This document shows, piece after piece, positions 35,322 to 43,169 of a stretch of DNA of 64,000 nucleotides. The position numbers were made by a program, and so were the translations under genes. The stretch lies in the sequence record NC_110934.1. One strand, 5' to 3'. The stretch's first letter is position 1. Each line of letters begins with the position of its first letter. This stretch comes from Klebsiella phage KPP2018. The notes beneath the pieces are model-generated. The model did no database searches and was not told where the DNA came from. It worked only from the letters and a program-made list of their open reading frames with translations.

Positions 35322-35402
35322 ACATTTCTCCTAAAACTTGGGAGATAAATGGAGTTTGCTCGACTACCTTGCGTAGTTCGGAGAAACCGTATCCAAACCC
35401 CA

Positions 35403-35771
35403 TTACATCGCCTGAGTAAATGTACGACTAATAACGTCGTTCTGTTGTTCACGAGTCAGTGCATTAAATCGAACAGCGTAGCCAGAGACACGGATGGTCA
35501 ACTGATGATATTTTTCAGGATGTTTCTGCGCATCCAAAAGCTGATCACGGCTTAACACATTGACATTTAGGTGCTGACCACCTTCGATTTGAGGGGCGAC
35601 TTCCACTTTGACTTCACGGAAGGCTTCGGGATCGAATTGTGGTGTGATACCTTCTAGATCTTCAACTAGAACTTTCTGTTTAAGTTCACCATTGTCGGAG
35701 TATAGCTGAATAATCTGATTTTCATGAACAAGGTTAATTACGCCAGATTTAAGATTTTGATATGCTTTCAT
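35403..35771 (-). CDS. grcA: Autonomous glycyl radical cofactor (GrcA/YfiD-like), 122 aa
   Basis: C-terminal 60 aa closely resembles E. coli GrcA, including the glycyl-radical motif [14 protein letters not shown]. Confidence 0.7.
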   Translation of the reverse strand: MKAYQNLKSGVINLVHENQIIQLYSDNGELKQKVLVEDLEGITPQFDPEAFREVKVEVAPQIEGGQHLNVNVLSRDQLLDAQKHPEKYHQLTIRVSGYAVRFNALTREQQNDVISRTFTQAM

Positions 35772-35813
35772 TAGATCTCCCCGATGTTAGAATTTGGCTC
35801 AGCTCTTTATTCT

Positions 35814-36008
35814 TTATACTTTTCCATAGTATACGGAAACTGTCTTACCAGTTTGGTTCATGACGTATGCTACTTCATCTTCTTTTAAAAAGATGGCTTG
35901 ATCTACTCCAACTATAGCCAATCTCTTATTTCTAGGATTAAAGCTTACGCTTTTGCCCGTATGGATATGTTCACCATTCTTGGCTGACATTATTTTAATT
36001 GTTAACAT
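35814..36008 (-). CDS. Hypothetical protein (64 aa)
   Basis: ORF. Confidence 0.45.
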   Translation of the reverse strand: MLTIKIMSAKNGEHIHTGKSVSFNPRNKRLAIVGVDQAIFLKEDEVAYVMNQTGKTVSVYYGKV

Positions 36009-36046
36009 AGCTGCTCCTAAATTTAGCTATCTCTAGCTATTTTAAT

Positions 36047-36122
36047 GGTAGTTAGTAGTGGATTTGAACCACTGTAGTCGCTCCGTATGAGGGAGGTGCA
36101 TAACCACTCTGCCAACTAACTG
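36047..36122 (-). tRNA. tRNA, anticodon CAT (Met, fMet or Ile2)
   Basis: Hand-folded cloverleaf with 7-bp acceptor stem, T-loop GGTTCAAATCC and encoded CCA. Confidence 0.6.
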
Positions 36123-36218
36123 TTATGTTTTACTAGACTAAGTAAGTATTCTTTATACTCTTTAGACCAATTAGCTTTTTTAAACTTTCCTGGACGCATA
36201 GTCTTAATTCCTAAATTT

Positions 36219-36295
36219 GGTACTCCGGGAGGGATTTAAACCCCCGATCTCTCGGTTATCAGCCGAGTGCTTTAGATCGCTAAGCTACCGAAGCA
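36219..36295 (-). tRNA. tRNA-Ile (GAT)
   Basis: Anticodon stem CTCGG/CCGAG with loop CTGATAA. Acceptor stem contains G-U pairs. CCA encoded. Confidence 0.6.
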
Positions 36296-36502
36296 TTAAT
36301 ATTTAATTGCAGAACGTTTACCATTTCTAGGCGCATCTGGAAGTCGTGCACGTTCTGCCATTCTTCGCTTAATCTTTGAGATATTTTCTAGTGTTTGTTC
36401 TTCAGGCTTAATACCTGAAACACTACACCACTGATTACCATCCCATGCGGTAATGATCATAACACCATTACCCATAATCTTTTCTGTGAAAGTAATTCTC
36501 AT
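36296..36502 (-). CDS. Hypothetical protein (68 aa)
   Basis: ORF. Confidence 0.45.
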   Translation of the reverse strand: MRITFTEKIMGNGVMIITAWDGNQWCSVSGIKPEEQTLENISKIKRRMAERARLPDAPRNGKRSAIKY

Positions 36503-36795
36503 TATAGCAACTCATCTAAGCAAGAGGTATATTTAAGTTTACCATCTTTATCTACTTTGATTTCGACTTCCGCTCGTGGTACTTGACGAACTACACCATG
36601 AATCATCTTATAGCGAATGCCTTTAGCTGGTTCACGATCTTTTGGAAATACTTGCTTAACCGTTACTACCTTGAAACCCTCACGCGGTGTTAACACTACT
36701 ACTTGATCACCTTCTTTGATCTTCCAAGAGCTAGGAAATTCATAGGTATAGCGTTGACCACCAGTTTGGAACACAACAGAAAGATAACGTTTCAT
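36502..36795 (-). CDS. Hypothetical protein (97 aa)
   Basis: Consensus promoter at 36826-36854. Confidence 0.55.
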   Translation of the reverse strand: MKRYLSVVFQTGGQRYTYEFPSSWKIKEGDQVVVLTPREGFKVVTVKQVFPKDREPAKGIRYKMIHGVVRQVPRAEVEIKVDKDGKLKYTSCLDELL

Positions 36796-36825
36796 TTGGT
36801 TTCCCTCTCATTAATTTATATAAAT

Positions 36826-36854
36826 ATTATAACAATAAATAAGAGAGAAAGCAA
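36826..36854 (-). promoter_or_regulatory. T5-early-type promoter (TTGCTT-17-TATAAT)
   Basis: Motif and spacing checked. Confidence 0.65.
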
Positions 36855-36862
36855 ATGAATTT

Positions 36863-37057
36863 TTAATAAAGTTTAGTCACTTCATAAACTATACTACGAG
36901 ATTCTTTATTACGTTGTATTAAATTAGCATATGCTTCTTCAGCTTCATTTTTAGTATTAAAGTCTATAACGTGAGAGGTATTAGCTCTGTTTGATTGGCT
37001 ATACCAGATAACTACTAGGAGTTTAAACATACTAATCCTTAAATTGGTGCTGGGCAC
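36863..37057 (-). CDS. Hypothetical protein (64 aa)
   Basis: ORF. Confidence 0.45.
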   Translation of the reverse strand: MPSTNLRISMFKLLVVIWYSQSNRANTSHVIDFNTKNEAEEAYANLIQRNKESRSIVYEVTKLY

Positions 37058-37132
37058 AGGATTCGAACCTGCAACGGGATTACTCCTCCTGATTACAAAT
37101 CAGGTGCATTCAACCATTCTGCCAACCCAGCA
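37046..37132 (-). tRNA. tRNA with long variable arm (87 nt); anticodon loop reads TGT (Thr?), an unusual combination
   Basis: Perfect 7-bp acceptor stem, T-arm GCAGG-TTCGAAT-CCTGT, anticodon stem CCTGA/TCAGG with loop TTTGTAA, and a 15-nt variable arm. Confidence 0.5.
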
Positions 37133-37296
37133 GAACCCGTTATTTCAACGGGATTTCTTTTTCAATAACAGGGGACTTGTCAGTCATGACTGTCATTGCC
37201 ATTTGTTGTAGAAATTCAAAGGTGAAGGCTACACGTTCTTCACCAATCTCTACTTCTACACGTTTCTTTTGTTTATCGATCTTGACTTTCAGATTA

Positions 37297-37518
37297 TCAG
37301 CCATCTTCGGGTTCTCGTTGCTGCGCTACTTCTAGCCAGTCTGGTAGAAGAAACTTTGTACGAAATTCTTCGTAAGTTTCTTTGGGATAAAAGCTAAAAC
37401 CTCCTTTCTCGTCATTCAGGATAACAGAGCCGTCAGTTTGTTCGTATGCTCGGTATGTTTCTCCAATAACAATAACTCGTTTATCGGTACTTTTATTACG
37501 AAATTCAAAAACGTGCAT
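37297..37518 (-). CDS. Hypothetical protein (73 aa)
   Basis: ORF. Confidence 0.45.
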   Translation of the reverse strand: MHVFEFRNKSTDKRVIVIGETYRAYEQTDGSVILNDEKGGFSFYPKETYEEFRTKFLLPDWLEVAQQREPEDG

Positions 37519-37534
37519 AACGTTTCCTTAAAGT

Positions 37535-37610
37535 TGGAGCGGCTAGAGGGAATCGAACCCTACTCAGCGAGGCTTGGAAGGCCTGCGACACAACCCGTGT
37601 GCTTAACCGC
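37535..37610 (-). tRNA. tRNA-Gly (TCC), tentative
   Basis: Anticodon loop CTTCCAA. Acceptor and T-arms fold. Confidence 0.5.
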
Positions 37611-37618
37611 TTATTGTT

Positions 37619-37694
37619 TGGCTGGAGAAGGAGGAATCGAACCTACCATTAACGGAGTCAAAGGCCGTTGTGCTAACCGTTACACTACTCTCCA
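37619..37694 (-). tRNA. tRNA-Gln (TTG)
   Basis: Loop CTTTGAC. Acceptor starts with a T-A pair. Confidence 0.55.
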
Positions 37695-37700
37695 ATTATT

Positions 37701-37776
37701 TGGCTGGAGTGCCTGGGATCGAACCAGGAACCTTCGGAGTCAGAGGCCGACGATCTGCCAATTGATCTACACTCCA
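37701..37776 (-). tRNA. tRNA-Gln (CTG)
   Basis: Loop CTCTGAC. Perfect acceptor stem. Paralogue of the previous tRNA. Confidence 0.6.
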
Positions 37777-37784
37777 ATAACCCT

Positions 37785-37985
37785 TTACTCTACAGGAACC
37801 GTGGCGATTGGTTCTGGATCTTCTAAACGTTTGCCTTCATGATCTACTCGAATAACTCCGCATCCTTCGCAAATCACAACAGCACCGTAGCCTTCTTTAA
37901 CTTCAGCTTCTGTAATCAAACCAGAAAGATCACCAGTATCTCTGCCCCACATATCAATGGAGCATTGTTTGCAGAAATCAGCCAT
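37785..37985 (-). CDS. Hypothetical protein (66 aa)
   Basis: ORF. Confidence 0.45.
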   Translation of the reverse strand: MADFCKQCSIDMWGRDTGDLSGLITEAEVKEGYGAVVICEGCGVIRVDHEGKRLEDPEPIATVPVE

Positions 37986-38010
37986 ATTTTATTTCCTATT
38001 TAAGTTAATT

Positions 38011-38087
38011 TGGGGTGGCTAGTGGAATTCGAATCCACATAGGCCTGATTCACAATCAGGATCATTAACCAATTATGATATAGCCAC
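38011..38087 (-). tRNA. tRNA-His (GTG)
   Basis: Anticodon stem CCTGA/TCAGG with loop TTGTGAA. Perfect acceptor stem. Confidence 0.65.
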
Positions 38088-38455
38088 AATTGAAAACTCG
38101 CAGGGTTAGCGAAACCTTCCTCAATTAGCATGTTCTAGAATACTAATCAAGTTATCTCCTATTGCACGCAGCTCAAGACGAGTACGAATTTTCAATTGTG
38201 GCGGCTCTCCGAAACTCTTCTACTCTAGCCTTAGCAGCTTACTCCCGAACGCATGTCGGGAAAGTCTTACTAAGAGCATCAAATAGCACCGTTACACTTT
38301 GAGCCATAGATATATCAAGAAGCAGAAGGACTTGAACCTTCACGAGATAGACCATTTATCTCAGCCGCTTTATGAGGTATGTTGCAAGGAGTGGATGTTC
38401 CTTATAAACCTTTTAGGCAGCCCCGTCTACCGATTCCGGCATACTTCAAGAATTT
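38083..38455 (-). ncRNA. Structured non-coding segment (candidate stable small RNA or degenerate tRNA remnants)
   Basis: No ORF of 30 aa or more with an RBS. An 18-bp imperfect inverted repeat GCCACAATTGAAAACTCG / CGAATTTTCAATTGTGGC at 38083-38100 and 38193-38210. A T-arm-like hairpin GAAGG-TTCAAGT-CCTTC at about 38336-38352 with no acceptor pairing. Confidence 0.3.
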
Positions 38456-38629
38456 TTATAAACCAGCAGAAGCCTCATTTAAAGCATCAACAATAGCCTC
38501 ACGTTGGGTCATTCCATACCCGGTGGAATCTAGGTGTGGCAAATAAGCCTTCCATCCCTTATCTGTTTCATGAAGACATGCTTTAAATTTTGTACCATCC
38601 TTCATTGTTACAGTAACTGTTTTGCTCAT
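38456..38629 (-). CDS. Hypothetical protein (57 aa)
   Basis: ATG at 38629 with an AAGGAAAT RBS. Below the track cut-off. Confidence 0.45.
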   Translation of the reverse strand: MSKTVTVTMKDGTKFKACLHETDKGWKAYLPHLDSTGYGMTQREAIVDALNEASAGL

Positions 38630-38649
38630 AAGATTTCCTTATAGTTAAT

Positions 38650-38739
38650 TGGCAGAAGATAATGGAGTCGAACCATCACCGTATCGCTACAGCGGGCTGG
38701 TTTTCAAGACCAGTTACGTACCACTACGTCCTATCTTCT
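38650..38739 (-). tRNA. tRNA-Ser (TGA)
   Basis: Type II, 90 nt. Anticodon stem CTGGT/ACCAG with loop CTTGAAA. Confidence 0.6.
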
Positions 38740-38745
38740 ATTGTT

Positions 38746-38836
38746 TGGCGGAAGAGGAGAGATTTGAACTCTCAAGCCGTTTTACCAGTCAGCCACTTTC
38801 CAAGCGGTTTTCGTCGCCAATTCGATTTGCTCTTCC
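38746..38836 (-). tRNA. tRNA-Ser (GGA)
   Basis: Type II, 91 nt. Loop TTGGAAA. T-arm GAGAG-TTCAAAT-CTCTC. Confidence 0.5.
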
Positions 38837-38865
38837 AATAATAAGATGATGCCTCTATCACACCA

Positions 38866-38945
38866 GGCAGTTACGCCTCGCTGGGATTCGAACCCATTAA
38901 AACAGCTCAACCAAGATAGTAGGTTTAATTTACTCTGACCATCAA
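38866..38945 (-). pseudogene. tRNA-like remnant (canonical T-arm but no acceptor pairing)
   Basis: GGGTTCGAATCCC T-arm at 38882-38896. No 5' segment complementary to the 3' acceptor strand. Confidence 0.3.
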
Positions 38946-38948
38946 ATT

Positions 38949-39025
38949 TGGTGCGTGACAAGGGATTCGAACCCTCAAAACCCGACTTCTAAGGACGGTA
39001 TGTATGCCAATTCCATCAATCACGC
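38949..39025 (-). tRNA. tRNA, anticodon TAG (Leu?), short variable loop
   Basis: 77 nt. Loop CTTAGAA. One U-U mismatch in the anticodon stem. Confidence 0.45.
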
Positions 39026-39030
39026 ATGTT

Positions 39031-39109
39031 TGGTGGAGAATAACGGAATCGAACCGTTCTGATGTCCTCGGTGCAAGCGAGGTGTCCACTCCATGCAGAC
39101 CCATTCCCC
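39031..39109 (-). tRNA. tRNA-Ala (TGC)
   Basis: Anticodon stem CCTCG/CGAGG with loop CTTGCAC. G3-U70 identity pair present. Confidence 0.65.
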
Positions 39110-39345
39110 AAATTCTTTAGTTTACTAAGGCTATTAGCTCGGCGTAACTACAGCACCTTCGCTTCAAGCGGAAGGAACCGCGTCATCTCGCAAACCCGAT
39201 ACACTATTCAGTTGCCGCTGAATCTAGTGGACTAATCTAGAACTTCTCCCGAATCGTAGGGATCGTGCTTTTTGGCAGCCAGTCCTAGGTCGAGCTAATA
39301 CCTTAGTGAACTATGATGAGGATTTCTCCTCATCAATTTATATAA
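39110..39345 (-). ncRNA. Promoter-driven structured non-coding segment (candidate small RNA)
   Basis: Lies directly downstream of the consensus promoter at 39348-39376 with no ORF. A 16-bp inverted repeat CTATTAGCTCG / CGAGCTAATA(C) at 39130-39145 and 39289-39303. Several internal hairpins. Confidence 0.35.
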
Positions 39346-39347
39346 AT

Positions 39348-39376
39348 ATTATAACAAGAAATTAAGCATCAAGCAA
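39348..39376 (-). promoter_or_regulatory. T5-early-type promoter (TTGCTT-17-TATAAT); overlaps the 3' end of gene 39369..39737
   Basis: Motif and spacing checked. Confidence 0.65.
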
Positions 39377-39737
39377 GTACATTTTTAGCGATTTCTTGTA
39401 GTTCCTTTACATCACGAACGTAAAGGTAATCAGAGCTTCCAGAGTGCATACTTTGCATAACCACACCTTCATCTGGTGCATTATCCTTCAGAGTAATTCC
39501 TAACCAGAACTCGGCAAAACTAGGTGTTATCTCACCTTGACTTGCCTTGAATACATCATATTCTGTAAGTTCTTGACCAGTAGATAATCCCAAATATACA
39601 GAACTAAGATCAATCTCTTTATGAGACTCATAAAACTCCGATAGATCCTTTTCCATATCCCAGCCATGCTGTAGCGCGAACTCCATTGTCACATGACCGA
39701 AATAACCTTGAATCTTGCTTGATAATTGCATTTGCAA
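39369..39737 (-). CDS. Hypothetical protein (122 aa)
   Basis: ORF. Confidence 0.55.
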   Translation of the reverse strand: MQMQLSSKIQGYFGHVTMEFALQHGWDMEKDLSEFYESHKEIDLSSVYLGLSTGQELTEYDVFKASQGEITPSFAEFWLGITLKDNAPDEGVVMQSMHSGSSDYLYVRDVKELQEIAKNVLA

Positions 39738-39756
39738 TTCCTTATTTTGAGTTAAT

Positions 39757-39830
39757 TGGTACTCGGTGATAGAATCGAACTATCGCAACCGCCGTGTAAA
39801 GACGGGGTTCTCCCATTAAACTAACCGAGC
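39757..39830 (-). tRNA. tRNA-Val (TAC)
   Basis: Loop TTTACAC. T-arm GATAG-TTCGATT-CTATC. Confidence 0.55.
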
Positions 39831-39834
39831 AATT

Positions 39835-39913
39835 TGGTAGATCGCCTGGGACTCGAACCCAGAACCTTCCGATTAAAAGTCGGATGCTACTAAACCTATT
39901 GAGCTAGCGATCT
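39835..39913 (-). tRNA. tRNA-Lys (TTT)
   Basis: Anticodon stem TCCGA/TCGGA with loop CTTTTAA. Confidence 0.65.
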
Positions 39914-39914
39914 A

Positions 39915-40082
39915 TTAGTAACCATTGTATACTTCTTTAATAGAGTGAACCTTCAAGTAAGGGTGATTAGTATTAAACTCTGACATTACTTCATCCCAAT
40001 TTTTACCATAATGGGCAAGTAAGGATTTTGATGTATTCTTACCTGAACGTTTGTCGCTTACTACTAATCGAAATACTTTCAT
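39915..40082 (-). CDS. Hypothetical protein (55 aa)
   Basis: ATG at 40082 with a GGGGA RBS. Confidence 0.4.
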   Translation of the reverse strand: MKVFRLVVSDKRSGKNTSKSLLAHYGKNWDEVMSEFNTNHPYLKVHSIKEVYNGY

Positions 40083-40102
40083 TTCGAAATCCCCTATTAA
40101 AA

Positions 40103-40180
40103 TGGAAGCGGGTGCAGGAATCGAACCTACCTCTTTCTAGCTTATGAGACTAGTGATCTCTACCAGAGATCTAACCCGCA
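40103..40180 (-). tRNA. tRNA, anticodon CAT (second copy), 1-72 mismatch
   Basis: Loop CTCATAA. The first acceptor pair is unpaired. Confidence 0.55.
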
Positions 40181-40186
40181 ATTGTT

Positions 40187-40262
40187 TGGTCAGTGCGGCA
40201 GGACTCGAACCTGCGACCCGAAGCATCCAAGGCTCCCACGCTACCAACTGCGCTACGCACTG
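40187..40262 (-). tRNA. tRNA-Pro (TGG)
   Basis: Loop CTTGGAT. Perfect acceptor stem. Confidence 0.6.
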
Positions 40263-40303
40263 TTAATTCTTTTATTGTGGAGGAATATTAATAATTCGTC
40301 CGT

Positions 40304-40471
40304 CTACACAATAAACGGTACTAGGAATTGTACTATATATATGTAGAAATTCTTTATATTACTCTCCCCGCCACAGAAATTTTTAGCAAATTCATACTCT
40401 TTATTAATGGTTGAGTCAAATTTAAAACAACCAGTAAGTAGGAATACAGATAGTAATAAAATTTTCTTCAT
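40304..40471 (-). CDS. Small lipoprotein (55 aa)
   Basis: MKKILLLSVFLLTGC lipobox. AAGGA RBS. Promoter at 40504-40532. Confidence 0.5.
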   Translation of the reverse strand: MKKILLLSVFLLTGCFKFDSTINKEYEFAKNFCGGESNIKNFYIYIVQFLVPFIV

Positions 40472-40503
40472 TTAGCTTTCCTTCTCTTCACTTTATAAAA
40501 TAT

Positions 40504-40532
40504 ATTATACAGATAATTAAGCAGAATAGCAA
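40504..40532 (-). promoter_or_regulatory. T5-early-type promoter (TTGCTA-17-TATAAT)
   Basis: Motif and spacing checked. Confidence 0.6.
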
Positions 40533-40680
40533 ATGAATTTTTAATAAATTTACTTATTGTGTAGGCCACCTGGAGGCTACCAACCCCACGGCTGACAAAG
40601 AAGTTTGCGAGACCTCTCTTAAATGCCAGAATAGATCCGCCGATCTATCGGAACCTACATAATAAGTAAACTTTATAGTG

Positions 40681-40801
40681 TCATTCTAGACAGGACTCGA
40701 ACCTGTTATCACTTGTGCGGACTTACGAGAACCATTCTTTCACTCGAATCGAACGAGCTTCTGCCCTCGCCAAGCTGGTTTCCCCGTCAACCACGCTAGA
40801 A
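40681..40801 (-). ncRNA. 121-nt tRNA-like element with a perfect 7-bp acceptor stem and about 45 extra nt between the anticodon region and the T-arm
   Basis: Ends ATTCTAG / CTAGAAT pair perfectly. D-arm TGGT/ACCA. Terminal T-arm ACAGG-TTCGAGT-CCTGT. An internal second T-arm-like hairpin GCTCG-TTCGATT-CGAGT. Confidence 0.35.
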
Positions 40802-40924
40802 TGTTTAATTGTTTTCAGTGCAAGAGTCCGAGTCTTGGACACGACCGCTTCGCAAGTACATAGGCAGCTTATCATGAATCAGCACTTCCGAATTGCTAGC
40901 TCCGTGTTCTGCACTGAAATTTTA

Positions 40925-41272
40925 TTAGTTTAACCGTAAAGTATTATCTACTTCACCATTAATTGTTCGGCATTCTTCTGGGATTGCCGGGGTGGCCTTG
41001 TATTCCCACCATTCAGAACCGTCATATTCACCACGTTCTAACCAAGTTCCATCAGTAAACCATACGTTACCATAAAGCAATTGTCCACCGAAACCAGAAT
41101 CATATTTAAAGTCTAGATTATTTAGAAAATCTTCAATATCTTTTTCTGTATAACCTACGGGTAATACCCAAACTTCTTTGTCCCCATAATAACCGAATTC
41201 TATCTTAATACACTTAACTTCAGACTTAGTATTCTTTAGGGCAAGTAACAACTCTTCTTTAGCATTAATCAT
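40925..41272 (-). CDS. Hypothetical protein (115 aa)
   Basis: ORF. Confidence 0.55.
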   Translation of the reverse strand: MINAKEELLLALKNTKSEVKCIKIEFGYYGDKEVWVLPVGYTEKDIEDFLNNLDFKYDSGFGGQLLYGNVWFTDGTWLERGEYDGSEWWEYKATPAIPEECRTINGEVDNTLRLN

Positions 41273-41297
41273 AACATATTTCTCGTGCTAGTTTAAT

Positions 41298-41374
41298 TTG
41301 GCGCGACCGATGGGATTCGAACCCACATTCTCTCCAGTGACAGGGGAGTACCATTACCAAGCCAGCCCCGGTCG
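41298..41374 (-). tRNA. tRNA-Asp (GTC)
   Basis: Loop CTGTCAC. Perfect acceptor stem GCGACCG/CGGTCGC. Confidence 0.6.
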
Positions 41375-41384
41375 CATAATTCAT

Positions 41385-41570
41385 TTACTCAGCTTTGAGT
41401 TTTTCAATAGCTGCATTAAGTTCCTTAAGAAACTCTTTTCGTACATTAAGACGATTAAGACTTACTAGTATATCATGTTTAAGTTCTTCGATATATTTCT
41501 TCTCAACTTCAATATTGTTGATAGTGCTATCACGATGAACTTCTAGCTGCGCAATTACATTCTTGGACAT
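41385..41570 (-). CDS. Hypothetical coiled-coil protein (61 aa)
   Basis: ORF. Confidence 0.45.
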   Translation of the reverse strand: MSKNVIAQLEVHRDSTINNIEVEKKYIEELKHDILVSLNRLNVRKEFLKELNAAIEKLKAE

Positions 41571-41672
41571 GCTTGTTTCCTCAGTTATTAATAAAAATGG
41601 TATCTGTGGCTGAATTCGATATCAGCAATGATAGCTGGTTGGCTACCGGTTTACTTAACTCTACACAGAATT

Positions 41673-41755
41673 TGGCGGGCCGTGTAGGATTCGAACCTAC
41701 GTTGTCTTTCGACATGGATTAACAGTCCACCGCCAAACCGCTTGGCTAACGACCC
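41673..41755 (-). tRNA. tRNA with Tyr/Ser-like architecture (83 nt, extra arm) but anticodon GTT (Asn)
   Basis: Loop CTGTTAA. 13-nt variable arm with a GTC-GAAA-GAC hairpin. T-arm GTAGG-TTCGAAT-CCTAC. Confidence 0.45.
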
Positions 41756-41907
41756 TAAATTTATATTGCTGACTAGGATTTTCACCTAGACGGAGTTAGC
41801 ACCGTAGCGTGTAGCGGCATACCCCTCCAAACCGTGCCTCATCTTTCAATTACGGAGACAGTGTTCCTACGCGTGCCTGAATTGATTTAACAATTCTTTC
41901 AGCAAAT

Positions 41908-41983
41908 TGGACGACCGCATGAGATTTGAACTCACATAAGAAGGATTTGCAATCCTTCTCCTAAGCCATTCAGCCAACGGTCG
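41908..41983 (-). tRNA. tRNA-Cys (GCA)
   Basis: Anticodon stem AAGGA/TCCTT with loop TTGCAAA. Confidence 0.65.
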
Positions 41984-42031
41984 ATTTATCTTGTTCTGTC
42001 ATGTTGCTCCCCCAGTTCAATTTATGTAATT

Positions 42032-42060
42032 ATTATACAGAACTTTTGGAAACTAAGCAA
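42032..42060 (-). promoter_or_regulatory. T5-early-type promoter (TTGCTT-17-TATAAT)
   Basis: Motif and spacing checked. Confidence 0.65.
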
Positions 42061-42340
42061 CTACATTTTTTAAGAATTTGATGCCTTTCTTTCTCTTCTT
42101 ATATTTCCACGTTAATGGATTCTGTCGATTATGAACACTTGAGATCTTTGTCTCATCAAAGTTCTTCAATATCATGTAATCACAAGATAGTTGTTCTAAT
42201 GGAATGTGATCACCGTCAAAAGCGTGTACATAAGGTTGTTGACTAGCACGATAATGATAGACTTTGTTAATTCTACGTTTCAGCGACTTATCCGCGCAGT
42301 AAATAAAGAAGTTTTCAGGATGCATCAGCAGCTCCTTCAA
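42053..42340 (-). CDS. Hypothetical basic protein (95 aa)
   Basis: ORF. Confidence 0.5.
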   Translation of the reverse strand: MKELLMHPENFFIYCADKSLKRRINKVYHYRASQQPYVHAFDGDHIPLEQLSCDYMILKNFDETKISSVHNRQNPLTWKYKKRKKGIKFLKNVVA

Positions 42341-42342
42341 TT

Positions 42343-42417
42343 TGGTGCACCCTGTTCGTATCGAACGAACCTCTCAAGCTCTTCAGGCAAGCGCTAATCC
42401 ATCTCAGCTAAAGGTGC
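42343..42417 (-). tRNA. tRNA-Phe (GAA), tentative
   Basis: Loop CTGAAGA. The anticodon stem has two U-U mismatches. Confidence 0.4.
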
Positions 42418-42423
42418 AAATTT

Positions 42424-42494
42424 TGGCAGGGGTAAAGGTATTCGAAACCTTTTCATGGGTTTTGGAGGCCCATTTGCAACCTATGCGTACCCCA
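42424..42494 (-). tRNA. tRNA-Trp (CCA), tentative; short (71 nt)
   Basis: Loop CTCCAAA. Reduced D-arm and a 1-72 mismatch. Confidence 0.35.
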
Positions 42495-42503
42495 ATTATT
42501 AAT

Positions 42504-42578
42504 TGGCACACCCAACGAGGATCGAACTCGTGTTCCCACTGTGAAAGAGTGGTGTCCTAACCGCTAGACGATAGGTGC
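42504..42578 (-). tRNA. tRNA-Glu (TTC)
   Basis: Anticodon stem CCACT/AGTGG with loop CTTTCAC. Confidence 0.65.
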
Positions 42579-42585
42579 ATTAAAT

Positions 42586-42673
42586 TGGTGGGGAAAGATG
42601 GAGTCGAACCACCCGAGTCGCAATGACAACTGATTTACAGTCAGCTCTGCTACCACTTACAGAATATTTCCCC
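42586..42673 (-). tRNA. tRNA-Tyr (GTA)
   Basis: Type II, 88 nt. Loop CTGTAAA. Perfect acceptor stem GGGGAAA/TTTCCCC. Confidence 0.65.
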
Positions 42674-42803
42674 ATATTTAGAAGTATTCAAAAATTCTCA
42701 TTTAAACACTTTTAAATATGTTTCCAAATTAGATAAATATTATATCAAGTTTTATAGTATTGGGCAAGTCAAATTTTAAAGAACTTGCCCAATGCTGTAT
42801 TAG

Positions 42804-43079
42804 TTAGTCGAACTTAGGAGTGACAGTTAAGGAGAACGGAAGTTCAAAAACTTCTTCGCCCTCATCACTAATAGTGATTACACGACCTTTAAGTTCAGAC
42901 ATTGAAATATCAATATCAGCTTTTGCATCTGGAGCCATGCCAGCTTCAATACATTTAGCTTTAATTTCCGGCAGAAGTTCTACATCGTAGAAATAAAGCC
43001 ATTCAATCTCACCTTCCCAGCCTTCCCAGGATTTACAGATTGCACTTTCAATACCAGCAGCTATAACACGATTTTGCAT
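42804..43079 (-). CDS. Hypothetical acidic protein (91 aa)
   Basis: Promoter-like cassette at about 43110-43139. Confidence 0.5.
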   Translation of the reverse strand: MQNRVIAAGIESAICKSWEGWEGEIEWLYFYDVELLPEIKAKCIEAGMAPDAKADIDISMSELKGRVITISDEGEEVFELPFSLTVTPKFD

Positions 43080-43169
43080 TCGTTAACTCCTTCATCAATT
43101 TATATAACTATTATATCAGAAATTTAAAGCAAAAGGCAAGTACATTTTTAAAAATTCTGTTTGGAGGAG

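Noticed and set aside
38299-38496. Plus-strand 65-aa ORF
   Set aside because: It lies in ORF-poor structured DNA between tRNAs, has no RBS, and overlaps a minus-strand 57-aa gene with a good RBS.
40715-40933. Plus-strand 72-aa ORF
   Set aside because: It overlaps tRNA-like elements on the opposite strand and has no RBS.
42424-42494. Calling this short tRNA a pseudogene
   Set aside because: Kept as a tentative tRNA-Trp (CCA). The T-arm and 6 bp of the acceptor stem pair, and only the D-arm is reduced. A covariance-model check is needed.
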